From assembly GCA_043228905.1 (NCBI GenBank), contig JBHGNT010000021.1, forward strand, positions 6,696,001 through 6,760,000: DNA of 64,000 bases, given 5' to 3'. Within the stretch, counting starts at the first letter, position 1, and each line of letters opens with the position of its first letter. This document shows positions 34,958 through 50,211 of this stretch, in pieces. Made by a program: the position numbers and the translations under genes. Under the pieces are notes generated by a model. The model was not told the origin of the DNA. It was given only the letters and a program-made list of their open reading frames with translations, and searched no databases. The stretch comes from Azolla caroliniana (taxonomy: Eukaryota > Plantae > Polypodiophyta).

Positions 34958-35551
34958 TGTCGTGAAGATTTCCGGCTACCGTGAGAAACTCGGATAGGAC
35001 AAATAAAATGGGGATGTGCAATATTGCACATGCACTTGTAAATTTGTATAATGAGAAAAAGATAACAAAATGTAAGGGGAAGGGTAATAATCTAAGGTGT
35101 TAAAGGTGCACCATGAGGTTCGTAGAGGCATAAAGGTGATGTGCACTTTGTAGACTAGAGGAAAGTACATGAAGCCACCGACCTCACAAAACAAAGGGCA
35201 ACGAGCCCTTGCTCGAGAAAGGTTCGTAGAGAGGATTCGTAGAGTGGGTTCGTAGACAGGGTTCGTAGACAGGGTTCGTAGAGAGGGTTCGTAGAGTGGG
35301 TTCGTAGAGAGGATTCGTACAAAGGGTTCGTAAAGAGGATTCGTAAAGAGAATTCGTAGAGTGGGTTCGTAGAGTGGGTTCGTAGAGTGGGTTCGTAGAG
35401 AGAATTCGTAGAGTGGGTTCGGAGAGTGCTTTATATTTATAAGATTTAAAATATTTATTTATTTATTTATTTATTTATCCCTTGAGTACTCCCTAGTCTA
35501 AGACCCCCGTGGTCCCTCCCAAGTAACACGCGCGCGCGAAACTTCGCGACA
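34958..35551 (+). mobile_element. Duplicated 3' LTR of the 21159-26025 element; part of the segmental duplication, not a new insertion
   Basis: Same PPT, same internal deletion and same CCGC flank. Confidence 0.9.
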
Positions 35552-36048
35552 CCGCTCTATTTCCTGCTTCTCCTTTTATGTTTTTCTCCTTGTTGTCCAA
35601 CGTCTATGTACCTATGTTCACACACACACACAAAAAACACACACCAAAACATACAAAAGAAAAAGGGTATACACACACACATATATGTATATATATAAAT
35701 AAAATCATAAATAATTATAACTTTTCTCCTTTTCTGGCCCTAAGCCAATTCGGCAATCAGCCGACTCCCAATCGACTGAGCAATGCTCAACCAACTCTCG
35801 ATCGGCCCTTCGGCTCTCATCCGGCTTCATGTTGTGGGCTCCACTTGAGTGGATTGGCCCAACATTTAGTTGGATCCATTCCATTCCAATCGTGTGTAGT
35901 GGTGGATGGATAGATGGATGTACATGTATATATATTTAGTTGGATCCATTCCATTCCAGTCGTGTATGCAAAACAAGATGGACACGGGTTCCAATAGTCA
36001 ACACGGAGTATTGGTAAAAGTTGTAGTCATCTAAAGTACTACTACCGG

Positions 36049-36079
<31 letters not shown>

Positions 36080-36167
36080 GTATATGTATATGTATATGTA
36101 TGTATGGATGGATGGATGTATGTACATGTATATATATTTAGTTGGATCCATTCCATTCCGATCGTGT

Positions 36168-36353
36168 ATGCAAAACAAGATGGACACTGGTTCCACTGGG
36201 GGGGCTGGGCTTGCGTTTATGGGCATTGTAGCTTCAATTTTCATCCTCACATTCGTTCTTGCCATGTGTGCCCATGGTAAGCGTAGCAGAAGCCGCGGTG
36301 GCGGCGGTGGTGGTGGCGGTGGCGGGTGTGGTGGCGGTGGCGGGGGTTGTTAA
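36168..36353 (+). CDS. Short paralogue of the single-TM Gly-rich protein (61 aa)
   Basis: Same N-terminus and TM; tail KRSRSRGGG...GC ending in Cys. Confidence 0.65.
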   Translation: MQNKMDTGSTGGAGLAFMGIVASIFILTFVLAMCAHGKRSRSRGGGGGGGGGGCGGGGGGC

Positions 36354-38377
36354 AATTTACACTATATTTATGATATGTGATTCTAATAATGAATGGACTT
36401 TTTATATTCAATTACCTCCAAAACCATATGCCCATCCACTCACTAAATTATCTGTCGTGCCCTCATTAATTCCAATCCACTCACTAAATTTACGGAATGG
36501 AGAACTAATCTCAATGTCCGTCTCATTAATCAGGTGTTTTAAACCTTTGAAATAAGCATCGGGTTTCTATGGCCGCGTAAGATGTCCGTGATTTGTATGG
36601 AGTTGACCACCAACAAGGTATTTCATCTTAAGCCACTGATTTGTATGGAGCTGACCACCAACAAGTTATTTCATCTTAAGCCACCACGTCAATGCAAAAA
36701 CAATGAGCATGGCCAACAATGAATTTGATACTTCATGTATATGTGTATGCTTACATAGATGTGTGTGCATATGTCTATATGTGTGTGTTTGAGTAGAGAC
36801 TCTTGATCCAATTTCAACGCACACATGTTTATGCATTACCAAATTGGTTATTGGTACCAAGTAAGAGATCATGTCTCTCATGGTCAAGATGTATATAATT
36901 CCAAACCTTAGAAAATGCAATTTAAATATGAAATGAAGGTGCAATTATAAGGGGAGGGGAGGCGGATACCAAAATATTGATAGTTTCAGATTGGATCATT
37001 TTGCTTTCATGAGGCATCTTGCAACTAAATCTGTGACACGAGAAGTGTCACAAGAGAAGTGATACGAAATTCCGGCGACGCACTTTTCAATACTATATTA
37101 TGCAACATACAGATCTTACGAGCAACCAAACAACATTGGTGTCAGAGTGATGGTTTTACCCTTTCTTTTTTCCTAGAAGATTGTACTTCTTTGGATCTAT
37201 GTTGCAATAAAGGTAGCTAGCTCGTCACGAGGTCGATTATTATGCATTTTGCAACAACCATTGCAGCTATTGCTCTAGAGCTGCCATTGAGCAAAATAAT
37301 TGGAGACCGTGGAAGTGGATCAGCTCAACGATGTCAAATTTGTGTTTTGAGGAGGAAGAAACCACTTTCTTAACTTTCAAACGTCTCGCAAGTACATTCC
37401 TTTTAAGAGATTTATTCTAATGTAAGCATATTATAAGGAAATTGATAAGATAATAAAGAGACACAAAGAAAAAGAAGGGTGTCAATCCACTTGACCACCC
37501 TTGTGTGAAGGGATAGAAACGTAACCGAGCCTTAAACAACATCCCATACCAGTCGAGTTCGAGAGATCAGAAGAAGAAGAAGAAGATGAAGGAGACCAGT
37601 CAAGAGTTTCGTTATTGTTTAGGCCAACCATACCCACTAACCAACAAGCTCAAGATCTAATCACATGCCCTAGATGTGGCTGGGACCAACCTTTCCTTGA
37701 TTACACTCAAAAGAAAAACAAAGTCAATACCAACTTCTTGTTGGTTGTAAACTTGTATCATCAAAAGTTGGGTCAAATGCAATAAGATGTGCTCCAACAA
37801 ATAGCTAAAATCTAGGCAAACATGGGCAAGGCATTCAACCAACATCTAAGTGGAAGGAAGCCATGAAAATCTAAATCCAACAAAGCATCTCGTCGGTGCA
37901 CCACCTCAATATCCACTCATATTTCTGAGAGTGATGAATCTAAGGTGATATCTTATGATAAACAAGTAGAATGATTGCTTACTCATATCCAAACCTGATC
38001 GAGGAGATGCGATGTGTACCAAAGTACATAAACTTGCTTTGAAAAGAAGAGCAACAACATTACAAAGCCAACAAGCACGACCTAGGTTTTACAAAAACAA
38101 AAACGACCTAGGTTTGTCCAACTTTAGGAGTAGGCTTCCCCTAAAGTCGAGGCTAGAGAATTCAATGCCGACAATGAACAACTATCATCCAACATGACAC
38201 CACAAACGTCATAGTATAAGGATGGTGAGGTTAATGTTGTGTTGTTGCAAGACTTCTTTAGGGAAGTCTATTGAGCCGTGGGGAACCTAGGCTTAGAGAT
38301 TACAGACATTAGCAATATTATAGCTAAAAGTTGAGCTTGCCATTAAAGAGTTGCTAAGATCAAACCTAATGTCATGG

Positions 38378-38907
38378 TAGGGATCGGCAACGGTTCGGTT
38401 TAGGCTTAGCCGGTTTGGCTTGATCCAAGCCAAACCGGCTAAGCCTAAACCGTTTACAGGATCTCAAACCTGAGCCGAGCCGAGCCAAGCCGGTTCACAA
38501 ACCGGTTTATGTTAAACCAGTTTGTGAACCGGTTTGGTAAACGGCTTGTAAACCAGTTTCTAAACCGGCTTGGAAACCGGTTTAGAAACCTCCCTCTCTC
38601 TCCCTCTCTCCCTACCTCCCTCTCTCTCAAATGATCCACTATATACTATATACTATATACTATACATTGTACAAGCTCTCCCTCCCATTCTCTCTCACGT
38701 CTGTGGTCTCGACTCTCTCTCTCTCTCCCTCTCTCTCCCCTCTATGTAGTTCCTCTCTCTCTCTCTCATGTGTATGGTCTCGACTGTCCCTCCCTCTCTC
38801 TCTCTCTCTCCCCTCTATGTAGTTCCTCTCTCTCTCTCTCTCTCTCTGTCACGTCTATGGTCTCGACTCTCCCTCCCTCTCTCTCTCTCTCTCTCCCCTC
38901 TATGTAG

Positions 38908-38943
<36 letters not shown>

Positions 38944-39395
38944 CTGTGTAGTCTCTCTATCTCTCTCTCTCTCTCCCCTCTATGTAGTTCCTCTCTCTCT
39001 CTCTCTCCCCTCTATGTAGTTCCTCTCTCTCTCTCTCTCCCCTCTGTGTAGTCTCTCTCTCCTTATATGTTGTCTCCCTCCCTCTCTCTCTCTCTCTCTC
39101 CTTATATGTTGTCTCCCTCCCTCTCTCTCTCTCTCCTCATCTATGTAGTTCTCCCTCCCTCACTCTCTCTCTCTCTCTTTCCCCTTGTCTGTTGTCTCTC
39201 TCCCCCTCTCTAAAGTTTATAAACGGCTTAAATGGTTTATCCGGCTTGAGCCGGTTTGGCGAGGCTCAAGCCAAGCCGAGCCGAGCTCAAACCGTTAAGG
39301 AAAGTTCAAGCCTAAACCGAGCCGAGCCGCTAAGCCGTTTTCAAGCCGGCTAAGCCAAACGGTTTAGGCTTGAGCCGAGCCGTTGTCGATCCCTA
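38378..39395. mobile_element. Non-autonomous hAT element with a (CT)n-rich core
   Basis: TIRs TAGGGATCGGCAACGG / CCGTTGTCGATCCCTA; perfect 8-bp TSD TGTCATGG; AAACCG/AGCCG subterminal motifs. Confidence 0.93.
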
Positions 39396-40297
39396 TGTCA
39401 TGGCATGATGTGCTTTGGCATGTTAAGGGCATGTCATGGTACAATCAATCCATAATAATAACAACGCTGAACAACACCAATTTTTTCAATGAATGTTATG
39501 AGCATTTGATGCCATCGATTCAAATATATTCTTAGAATGAAAATTGGAGGACAAGCAAGAAGGGATCTCCTTTGCTATTATTGCTTTGAAACCTTCATTT
39601 CATATTCATCTCCTTTTTCCCCCCTTACCTATTTGCTTGAACATTCATGCCTCCATCTTTTCCTTTCTCACTAATAGTTATTTGAATCACACCATGTGCG
39701 GATGGTCTTTCCTAGAATTTTCCAAAGTAATCCTATATCTATCTTTGCCTTTGTCCATTCCCGTCTCTACAATTTCTCATGTCGAAATGTTCACATCCAT
39801 GTCCAAATGTTCCTATCCGTCTATATCCATCCTAATGTTCATGTCCACATCAACAACTATGTCCATATGTATGTGTCTATATATATCTTTGCACATTTTT
39901 AGTTGGATGTGTCTATTTTAGGCATTTCATCACTTGATTGGATATTCCATTACCTAAACCTGTAAAGGGTCATGGAGGTGGCTTCCTGAAGGACTACAAT
40001 ATACTACCTCATGGAAACCTTCACTAGTCAAAGTGGATGAAGGAAAGCAAAGAAGAATGAAAACACTTGCTTCTTTGTTGCTCTTCAAGGGAGCTGGAGG
40101 AGTTCTGACTTTGCTCCTAACCAACACAAATATAACAACACTTATATTACAATCACTTGCACAAGTATTCAAGTAAATGACAAAAGCTTATACCTATTTT
40201 TTAGATATACTCATATTATTAGACTAGAGTCACTTAATTTACAATTAGGCCCATACATACAAATATACATGTTATACTTCACAATCACTTGCACAAG

Positions 40298-40583
40298 CAT
40301 AGTATGAACCACATGTACCATACGTGCATTCGCATTCGTGAATGTTTCAATCATCCGCGTAAGAAAAACACCCTCAAAGAATGATAAATACCATACTTTT
40401 GGATTAACTATTTATTATGAGATAAATCAGCCTTAAAAATGAAAAAAAAAAACAAAAAAAACAAAAAAAACATTAAAAAAATAGGAAAAAAAAACATAAG
40501 AATGTTTTAATAACATTCGCATTTGTTTTCCAACGTAGGAAAACGAATGTTAAGCTACACGAACACGAATTTTACGTACTATG
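40298..40583. mobile_element. hAT-type MITE
   Basis: CATAGTA...TACTATG termini; perfect 8-bp TSD TGCACAAG. Confidence 0.8.
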
Positions 40584-41605
40584 TGCACAAGTATTCAAGT
40601 AAATGACAAAAGTTTATACCTATTTTTTAGACATACTTATATTAACAATCACATAACTTACAATGTGCAAACACACATTAGCTCACACACATTACTTTTA
40701 TATATGGGTACACATACATGAGAAGGTGACAAGCTAGTGCCAATTGAGGTTAACATTCCCAAAAAGGGTTGTCACTCACATAAACCCAACCTTCTCAAAA
40801 AGGGAAATCCCAACTACTCCCACAAAATTCAAGCAGAATATCACTCATCCATTACCTTACATTAGGAAAGCCATCTTCTTTGGTTCAGGTCTCTAGTGGT
40901 TCCACACTCAGCTTTCGCATACATGTGCATTAATTTCGCAACAAATGAGCCATTTAACTAATGTGTGACCAGCCAAAGATTTACCTATTTCAATGAAACC
41001 CCTTTAGAATCTGGTTTAAGTGAACATTAGATATGTTTTGAACCCCCAACACAGTATTTCCAACTTATATCCTCTTTTCACTTTCCTCAACTATGTCTTT
41101 AGACCCCCATGCCTACCAATAAACATGAAGGTAAAGATAAATGGAAAATCAATGGGTTACATATTCATTTACTTTCAGGACAGAACCCATCCAAAAGGAT
41201 AAGTTAATGTCATAAGAACATTTTTTAGGTGAGATGGGTGCTCTATCAACTAGCCTATGTGTTCTTAGCTTCCTTTATAGCTTCTTGCACATGAGTTTGC
41301 AATGTTGAACCATATTTTTCCATCAACATTAAGTAGCAGCACTAAACAAATTATCCATGAGACTTACAATTAGGATATATGGTAATATTGCAAGAAGTGA
41401 AACCTAAAGGGATGCATCACATAAAGATTTCATCTTCTAAAACATTCTTTCGAGAAATATATATCCTTTCGTTGATTGCAAGGACATGACTCAAAAGTTG
41501 ATGATTCAATCATTCTTTAAAGATTTCACAGCCCAAAAAATAAGTCTAACTACAACTAGTTAAGGTCTGCTGTAAATGCTCCCATTTCATGAATCATAAT
41601 ATTAT

Positions 41606-42084
41606 TTACTTTCCTAAAACATTTCCATCTTCAACTACTTTTAGAGCTTTTAATCCCATCTCTAGTGCCCCATCAAAACTGCGGTTACCGCCAATAAATC
41701 CGCTGCTATGAACGAAAATACAATCTTTCACACCAAGTACCTCAGATAATGCACTATCCCTTAGACCTCTCCATGGCTCTGGAAGAGGTTTTCTACTCTC
41801 AAATCTTCCAAAAGCAACAGCAACTGCTTGTATTCGCCAGTTCAAGCTTGCATCATCCTAAGAAAACATTATAAATCTTATTACTCAAACAAAAGGCCAG
41901 TTCCAGCAAGGATCTTTGATAACAAGACTCTTCCAGTCATACCTGGTATATCACATATTTTATGCTCTGTTCCACTTTAAGCTCCTCTTCGAGCTCATGT
42001 ATGTGATCTTTCCACTGCCAAATTTATTTGTTAGATGAACGTTTAGAATAACTATGGTATGTGGTATATGTATATGTATAACAT

Positions 42085-42124
<40 letters not shown>

Positions 42125-42192
42125 ACATTATATGTATATGTATATGTATATGTATAACATTATATGTATATGTATATGTATATGTATAACAT

Positions 42193-42231
<39 letters not shown>

Positions 42232-45048
42232 TATGGCAAGCTTGATGAACTTGAAATGTTACTTACTGGACAGTATCTATCTAGCTTTATGATTTGTCCA
42301 CTGGGGTCGAGCTCCTTTCTCTTGCTGATGCAATTAGAAACAATTGTTCTGGCTGGTAACCATGACTTTGAATAGTACTTCAAGGACTACATACGTAAAG
42401 CCATCAACACTTTAATTCGAATAAGCATATATTCGCCATCATTTGGATTTCCGATCTAGAAAGTAAACATATATTGAAGTAAAGAAGGATGTTTGAAAAA
42501 ACAATCAAAAGATTGAATATTTTTCTTACGTCTAGGAACTCTAGACCTGCAAGCTCCATAGCATGTGAGAATGCCTTGTTCTCAATTTCAGGTGTATTTG
42601 GTTCCATCCAATCTGGGTTTAATTTTCCAACTCTCGCAGATAAATGTGTATTATTTATATATCTTGGCAGTTTGTCAGTATCATACTGATTTACTCCATT
42701 GTCTACAGCATCAATTGCCTTCAAAATATCAACAAATTCAAGTTGTAAGAACTCATCACTAGACTTTAACAATTTCACGAACTTTATCAAGGTCTACTTT
42801 GTTTCTTTCAAGTTGATGATACATATTAAATTTATAATAAGGAACCTTTAGCCATCGTTGATCATATTTTAGGGTGGTGATGTTTTCTGCATGGATCTCC
42901 TAACAAAGGCCCACTGCACACTGACCATTGCAATCTGGAGAATTTTTCATCTGTTTGAGTTCTCAATCATCAGCAAGTTCAGTGGCCTACTCAACTGCTT
43001 TCTCGCATTGATTTCATGACCACGTATTGTGCCAGATCCCTCCAAGGAAAATCAGATGCTTTGCCCCATTGCTCATACCTTGAGCTTGCGTCAGATGATC
43101 CAGCTGGCACAAGTGGTTCTAAGCTTTGATCAGATTCAGTTTATGGATGCTACCTACCCTGTTTGAGGTACTTCATGATACTTCTATGTTGGAGTGTATT
43201 TCAGTATCTCCTGTCAGATCTTAGCACAAGATGTCTTTTCACATAATCGGACACTACCACCAACAGTCCAAACCTTCTCATCTCGATTTTACTTAAACAT
43301 TTTTAACATGATGATGTTTGGAACTATATTCATGAATCACGATGATGTGTCTAGTACCAAACGTCACCAGTGGCCTCTTATCAATTGCATCTCTATCCTC
43401 ATTCTTCCTTTGAACAAGTATCAATCTTGCTATGAAATTTAAATTGAAAATTTGATCAACTACATACCTCCACAAAATATATGTATACAGCTTTATACAC
43501 ACGTTCAACATCTGGATGCGATGAATCTAAACCCAGCTCTTTGGCGACAATTTCAACCCCAAAATGCTGGAGTAAAAATCCAAGAATCACAACAATATTT
43601 CACAGATTTTCGTGGAGAGATCTTAAATCTAATAAAAAAACACAAGGTAAAGGTAAAGTCATTAGCAAAAAACCTTGTAGACAAGTCCAGCACTGCTTAA
43701 CTTGGTGACAAATCCATGACCAAATTTAATATCAAACCCTCTCTGATGGTGATCAAACCGGAACTTCTCAGCATCATAAACACCACCAACATCCAAGACA
43801 GCATCTAATGGCTCCAATATCTACAGATTGGGAAAACAATGATGAATAGTCAATCAAAAAGGTACACTACAAAGAGTCCTGGAAGCCAACATTCATTGAG
43901 AACGCATAGCAATTTATATTGCATATAAGAGACCCAATAAACTGTACTCTTAAGTTCACCTTAATCACATCTACTATCTAGATTACATAAATATGTCACA
44001 CGCAATTGTCATAGCCTTGAATGGTCAACTCAGTAAAGCAACATTTGGACCGCCATAGCATTGAATAACGTCAATCTCACTTCTCATCCTCAAGGATCAC
44101 TTTGGTTGCATTGATTCTCAAACACATAATAGCTATTCCAACCCACTAGAAGTTTAGACTCTTAGCTTACATTCCACCTATTTGTCAATGGGACGGTAAT
44201 ACCAAGATAGTTGAAACTTTACACAATTTGTGTTGGTTCTCCCTTGTATGTAAAAGTGGGGTAATGTCTTGGTTGCATTGCCTTTATTGCCGCCATTTCT
44301 GTTTTGTTTGCATTAACAATTACCCCAGTGATTTGACAGAATGTGTCCAATACAGCAAGTGAGTGAGTGAGTGAGAGAGAGACAGAGAGATCGATGCCTA
44401 TTGGAGACCGAAATCATGATTACAAATATGGGTGAGTTTAAGATAGCTTCGCTAAACCAAAATTAAAGACCATAGTAGGTTTATTCAAGTTATCTATACT
44501 GAAACAAAAAAAAAGCAACAGTGGGTCAGTTCAAGCAATCCATCCTAAAACAAAATATGAAAGAACTTATGATGCCTTCGTAACAACCTTAAATGAAAGG
44601 TCTCTCTTTAAGTTAAAGATGGTTAATCAAACCTATGGCATTAGTGTAATAAACACACACATACTCTTCCACTAACACAAACATCATCATAGACATTGTA
44701 GGTATGTATGTAAGCGTGAACCTGGTCGTCTCGAGTTCTGACGATTTCTGCACCATGGAAGCGAGATGTAAGTCTGAGGAGGAAGCAACCCAGAGCTTCA
44801 TCACAGTGGAAGGTCCCATTGTGAGTTCCGATACGCGGTGGCAGCTCTACCTTGGGGCGCTTGGAAGAAAGGTCTGCCATAGAAGAAGAATAGGATGATG
44901 ATGAAGATGATGATGATGCGCGAGGTAACAGTGGCAGAAAAGGCCTTCGAAATCGAGAGAGAAGCGAAGAAGAAGAAGCAGAAGAGCAGAAGGAGGAGGA
45001 GGAAGAACAGAGCAGTACAAGTGAAGAACGTGTGAGCGCCATCATCAT
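41606..45048 (-). CDS. MYG1: MYG1 family exonuclease, paralogue B (7 exons, 401 aa, with N-terminal transit peptide)
   Basis: Exons 45048-44722, 43820-43674, 43566-43468, 42718-42530, 42386-42267, 42014-41943, 41857-41606; GT-AG and in frame; Ser/Arg-rich presequence, then [12 protein letters not shown]; all MYG1 motifs present. Confidence 0.95.
42060..42232. repeat. (TATATG)n microsatellite in a MYG1-B intron
   Basis: Read directly. Confidence 0.9.
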
Positions 45049-45516
45049 CAGAGAAGAAGGTAATTAAGCATTAATCATCTATTAATTGCACTTACCATCA
45101 TACTAATTACCAATTATTACACTTACTGATTAAGCATTAAGCATTAATCTCTTTTTATATGGGCATCGAGAACATCTTGGGAACATTTTAAAACCCTACG
45201 AATACCCCTCTCTATATAATTTGCGTGTACATATGTACATAGACATACATTCTGAAAATCTCCAAAATACAACATTTTCTCCTACCCGCATTTTTTACTT
45301 GTATCATCTTGTGAAATGCACATAAGTGAAATCCAAACCAACTTGCTTACCTTCTTACTTATTGTTCAATTTATAGAAGATACAAAGGTACCCATTTTGG
45401 GTTGGCCTAGCTACATGAGTGCCCAAAAGGGTGTGCTAAAAAGGAGTGGTGTGCTAAAAGGCATGCACTTGCATGACAAGGACGCCAAATTTCCCCCCTA
45501 AGAAAAACAAGGAGTT

Positions 45517-45690
45517 TTATGACATGGGAAAAGGAGGGGTTCTAGAAGATAGGTTTGGGGTAGCATAGGGCTTGATATGGGCAACATGGGCGGAGGTGAA
45601 TCGGCTGTTGGAATCACGTCGGAACAAGTAAGTGGATTTGATGGCGCGAACTACGATGAACATGCCGATCCATCGGTGCATGAGGGATTC
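45517..45690 (-). mobile_element. Gypsy integrase C-terminal remnant, probably the far end of the 55558-56600 element
   Basis: Minus-strand HRWIGMFIVVRAIKSTY...AHVAHIKPY resembles a GPF/Y module. Confidence 0.45.
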
Positions 45691-48600
45691 GTTTCCGCAA
45701 ATTGCACTCGTTATCGACAACTGGTATCTGAGCAGAATCTTTGTTGTTCGGCGACAACAGACAACAGAAGAAGCTGAAAGAAAAGACCAGGTCAGAAATC
45801 TCAAGTTCACAAAAAGAATATGGCTTCAACATCCAAAACAAGAGTTGAAATCAGGAAATTTGACGATAAAAACTTTGCCTTGTGGAAGGAGATGATGCAG
45901 GATGTGATGATCATTCAAAGACAGGTCGAAGCCATTTGGCACAGAGAAAAACCTGCTTCAATGACAGCTGAGGAGTGGAGATCAACGGACGAAATCACAC
46001 GCTCCACCATTAGAATGCATCTGGCCGAAAACGTCTATTTGAGCATGGCGAAAGAGACGACAATGTTCTCATTGTGGGAGAAGCTACAAGCCGTTTATAA
46101 AAAGAAGTCCTCATCTTCGAAATTGATTTTGATCAAACAATTGTTCAACATTAAGATGAGAGAGACGGATCCGGCAACCTCCCACATCAACACCTTCAGT
46201 CGGGTGTTGTCTGAGGTCACGTCACAAGGGATCAACTTCGAAGAAGAAGTGAAAGCCCTTGCCCTCCTATCGAGCTTGCCGATGAGTTGGGAGGTATTCT
46301 GTACGACATACGCCAATAGCCGACCAATCCTAAACTTGGATAAAACAATCAGCCAAGTCCTCACAGAGGATATCAGGCGAAAATCGATGGGACTAACCAT
46401 CGATGAGTCGGCAAAAGCCCATCACTCGACCGAGTCGTTCGACCGACAGAGTCAAACGAAAGAACAAGCCGACAGAACCTGTTGACGCTACAGTCGATCG
46501 AAAACAAGGGGAGACCAACAACGGTCGAAGTCGAAAACGGGCTGATCAAGCGAGTACTGCACACACTGTAGGAAAGTTGGCCACAATGTTTCCGACTGTT
46601 GGTCATTAAAAAGAAAAGAGAGTGGTCGGCGATTCGAGCAGAATCGGGGACATTCCGACTCGGATCACTCTCCAGTCGGCAACCAGATCAACGTTGCTGA
46701 CACCCGATCCGGAGAAATCCTCTCCTTAGAGGACTCAATGATCGGAGACCTCTACAGTGCACAAGTTGCACACACATGGCTACTAGACTCTGGCGCCACA
46801 TTTCACATGACCCCCAACATTGAATGGTTCTCGAACTATTCAGTCGACGCCAACAACACAGTCCGACTGGGAAACGAGCAGGAGTGCAAGATAGCCGGAA
46901 CCGGGGAGGTTCCCATCAGATTGCCAAATGGCAACACAATAACCCTACAACGAGTTCTGCATGTACCCGATCTAAAGAGGAGTTTGGTTTCCATCGGCAT
47001 GTTAGCCAAAGACAAGTATAGAACAACTCTACATGAGTTGACATGGGTGATCAGCCGAGGAAACCTCAAAATTGGTAGTGGGTACAAGTATAATAATCTA
47101 TACCCATTGATGGCGATCAACCCTGAAGGGGCCATGAACGTAGCCGAGAAAACCGACCCGAACTTATGGCATGGCCGATTCGGCCACATGTCTCAAGGCG
47201 GACTTGATCGGTTGATGTTGGTCGACTACATCCCGAAACTCCAGGCAAAGACAAACTTTTGCGAGCATTGTTGATATGGGAAACAGACCCAAAGTCCGCA
47301 CTCTCTCCACTACGAGACGGTATGACAACCCCTAGAGCTCATGCACACAGACATATGTGGGCCCATGTCAGAGCGATCACTAGGAGGATCCCGGTACTTC
47401 ATCATATTCATAGATGACTGTACACAGAAAGTTTGGGCATACTCCATCAAGTCCAAAGATGAAGCGCTCAAGGTCTTCACTCGATGGATATCTGAAGTGG
47501 AGAACCGGTCGGGATACAGAGTGAAGACACTCTGATCCAACAACGGAGGTGAGTACACCTCCAGAGCCTTCAAACAGTACCTATTCGGAAAAGGGATCCG
47601 ACACCAAAAGACCATTCCCTACACATCCATGCAAAATGGAGTGGTAGAACGGATCAACAGGACGATCCAGGAGAGGGTGACGGCAATGCTCCAGCAAGCC
47701 GGATTGAAGCTGGAATTCTGGGCCGAGGCATTGGATAAATCTAGTGCCGTCAAGAGCAATCAGGCTCGAAGTGCCACAGGCACTATGGTCAGGCAAACAA
47801 CCGACCCACGATAGGCTCTGTATATTCGGATACGAAGCCTACGCGTTCATCCCCAGGGACAAAAGGACGAAATTGGCACCCCATGCAACAAAGTGCATAT
47901 TTCTCGGTTATGGAATAGATGGGGACTTTGGCTACCAGCTATGGGACCCTGAGAACCAGAAAGTGATCCGAAACAGTGACGTAGTCTTCAATGAAGACTC
48001 CATCTTCTCTTAGTGGAACCAACAGGAAACAATTGGTAAGAAGGTATCCTTCGAAGATGACAACACTATCGTAGAAGGACCGACCCACCGGGCTGAATCG
48101 GAGACTCGACAAACAGTCGAACTCCAACAAGCTGACAACTTCCCTGCCGACACCAAATCGGCAACAAGTCCTATCATCAAACTCAAAGACAAAGTCATCA
48201 AAGACATAGCCGAATCGACAAGGATCAATAAAGGCAAAGTCACCAAGAGACAAGTCAAAAAAGAGTCGATGACAACCATAGAGGAGGATAACCAGACACC
48301 GTCGAAATCCCAATCTGGGGACGGGACACCTAACAAGACTCCTGATACAGATGGTTCAACTAATATCGATTGACCAACAGAGCTGATCAAAGGATCCGAA
48401 CCAAACATCTTGGCACACATGAGATCTGGACGAGCTCGAAGGCAAACTATAGAGTTCCACCAATCGGGCCTCGACTACGTCAACTACACGGATGTAGGTG
48501 AACCAAGCACCTATGAAGAAGCTATGGCCACACCAGACGCCGAAACATGGCTACAAGCCATGAAATCCGAAATGGACTCGATTCATCAGAATCAAACATG

Positions 48601-50211
48601 GGAGCTGGTCAAACTACCAGCTGGAAGGAAGCCGCTACCTTGCAGATGGGTTTTCCAATACAAGTATGTATACGACTTAGAGAAACCCAAGTACAAAGCT
48701 CAGCTTGTCGTGAAAGGATTCAAACAGGAACATGGGGTCGACTATGACGAGATATTCTCACCAATAGTCAAGATGACCACCCTTCGACTCCTACTAGGAG
48801 TCATGGTGACAGAAGATCTAGAGCTCGAGCAGATGGACGTAAAGACGACATTCCTACACGGAGATCTGGAAGAAGACATATACATGTGTCAATCGGCAGG
48901 CTTCACGGCGACGGGGGAGAACAATCACCTCGTATGTCGACTAAAGAAAAGTCTTTATGACCTAAAACAAGCGCCGAGAATGTGGTACCAAAAGTTTGAC
49001 TCCTACATACGGCAGCTTAGATACAACAGATCAGACTCCGACCCATGCATGTATGTTCACCAACTGGCTGACGAATCCAGGATCTATCTGATCCTATACG
49101 TCGACGACATGTTAATTGCAGGAAGCAATCAAGCAGAGATCGATAAGCTGAAGCGGAACCTTCACACAAAGTTCGTGATGAAGGAACTCGGACAAGCCAG
49201 ATACATACTGGGCATGAGGATAGAGCGAAATCGGACGACCAAAACTCTCCAACTCTCCCAATCCGAATACATTCACAAGGTGATGAAGCGCTTCAACATG
49301 GAGAATGTGAAGCCAACACCGACACCACTTCCGACGTCGATCGGAATATCAGACAGAGACTCTTCTTCGACAGACAAGGAGAGAGAACTTAATGGAAAGA
49401 TACCTTACGTATCGGCAATAGGAAGTATCATGTACGCAATGGTGGCGACTCGACCTGACCTAGGCTATGCCGTAAGGGTGGTCAGCCGGTACAAGTCAAA
49501 CCCATGAAAGAAGCATTGGGAGGCCGTCAAGCACATCCTTAGGTATCTAAAAGGAACCCTGGATGCAAGGCTAACTTTCGGACTAACAACCTCAACCGAA
49601 GTCAAAGGCTACACCGATTCCGACTATGCTAGAAATGCAGATAATCAGAAATCAACATCAAGCAACATCTTCACCTATGGTGGCAGGGCTATATCATGGA
49701 GGTCGAAACTTCAAGAGTGCATGACTCTATCTACCACAAAAGCCGAGTACATAGCAGCATCGGAAGCGATCTAGCTGCACCAACTCACTGCCGACTTCGG
49801 AACTGCAAGCCGAAACGAACAATTAGCACCAACCATCTATTGCGACTCACAGAGCGCAATAAACCTCATCAACAATCCCGTCTATCATGTGAAGACGAAG
49901 CACATTGAGGTGTGATATCATCATATCCAGGAACTCGTAAACGAAAAGAAACTCGAAGTCCGGAAGATCGACACCGAGGTGAACATCGTCGATTGCCCAA
50001 CGAAACCACTCCTAGATCTATGCTTTGGAGCACTAAGGACAAAAATGGGGCTACGACAAGCGATCGAGTAAAAGAAAGCCGAACGAGGAGTAGAATGTAA
50101 GATCTGATTGAAACAATAACGACACATCCTATACATTTGCCGACTCGGCTGCATGCCGACCGAGTTGTAACATATAAACTTAGATCAATTTTGTAATCTG
50201 GGCTTACGGGG

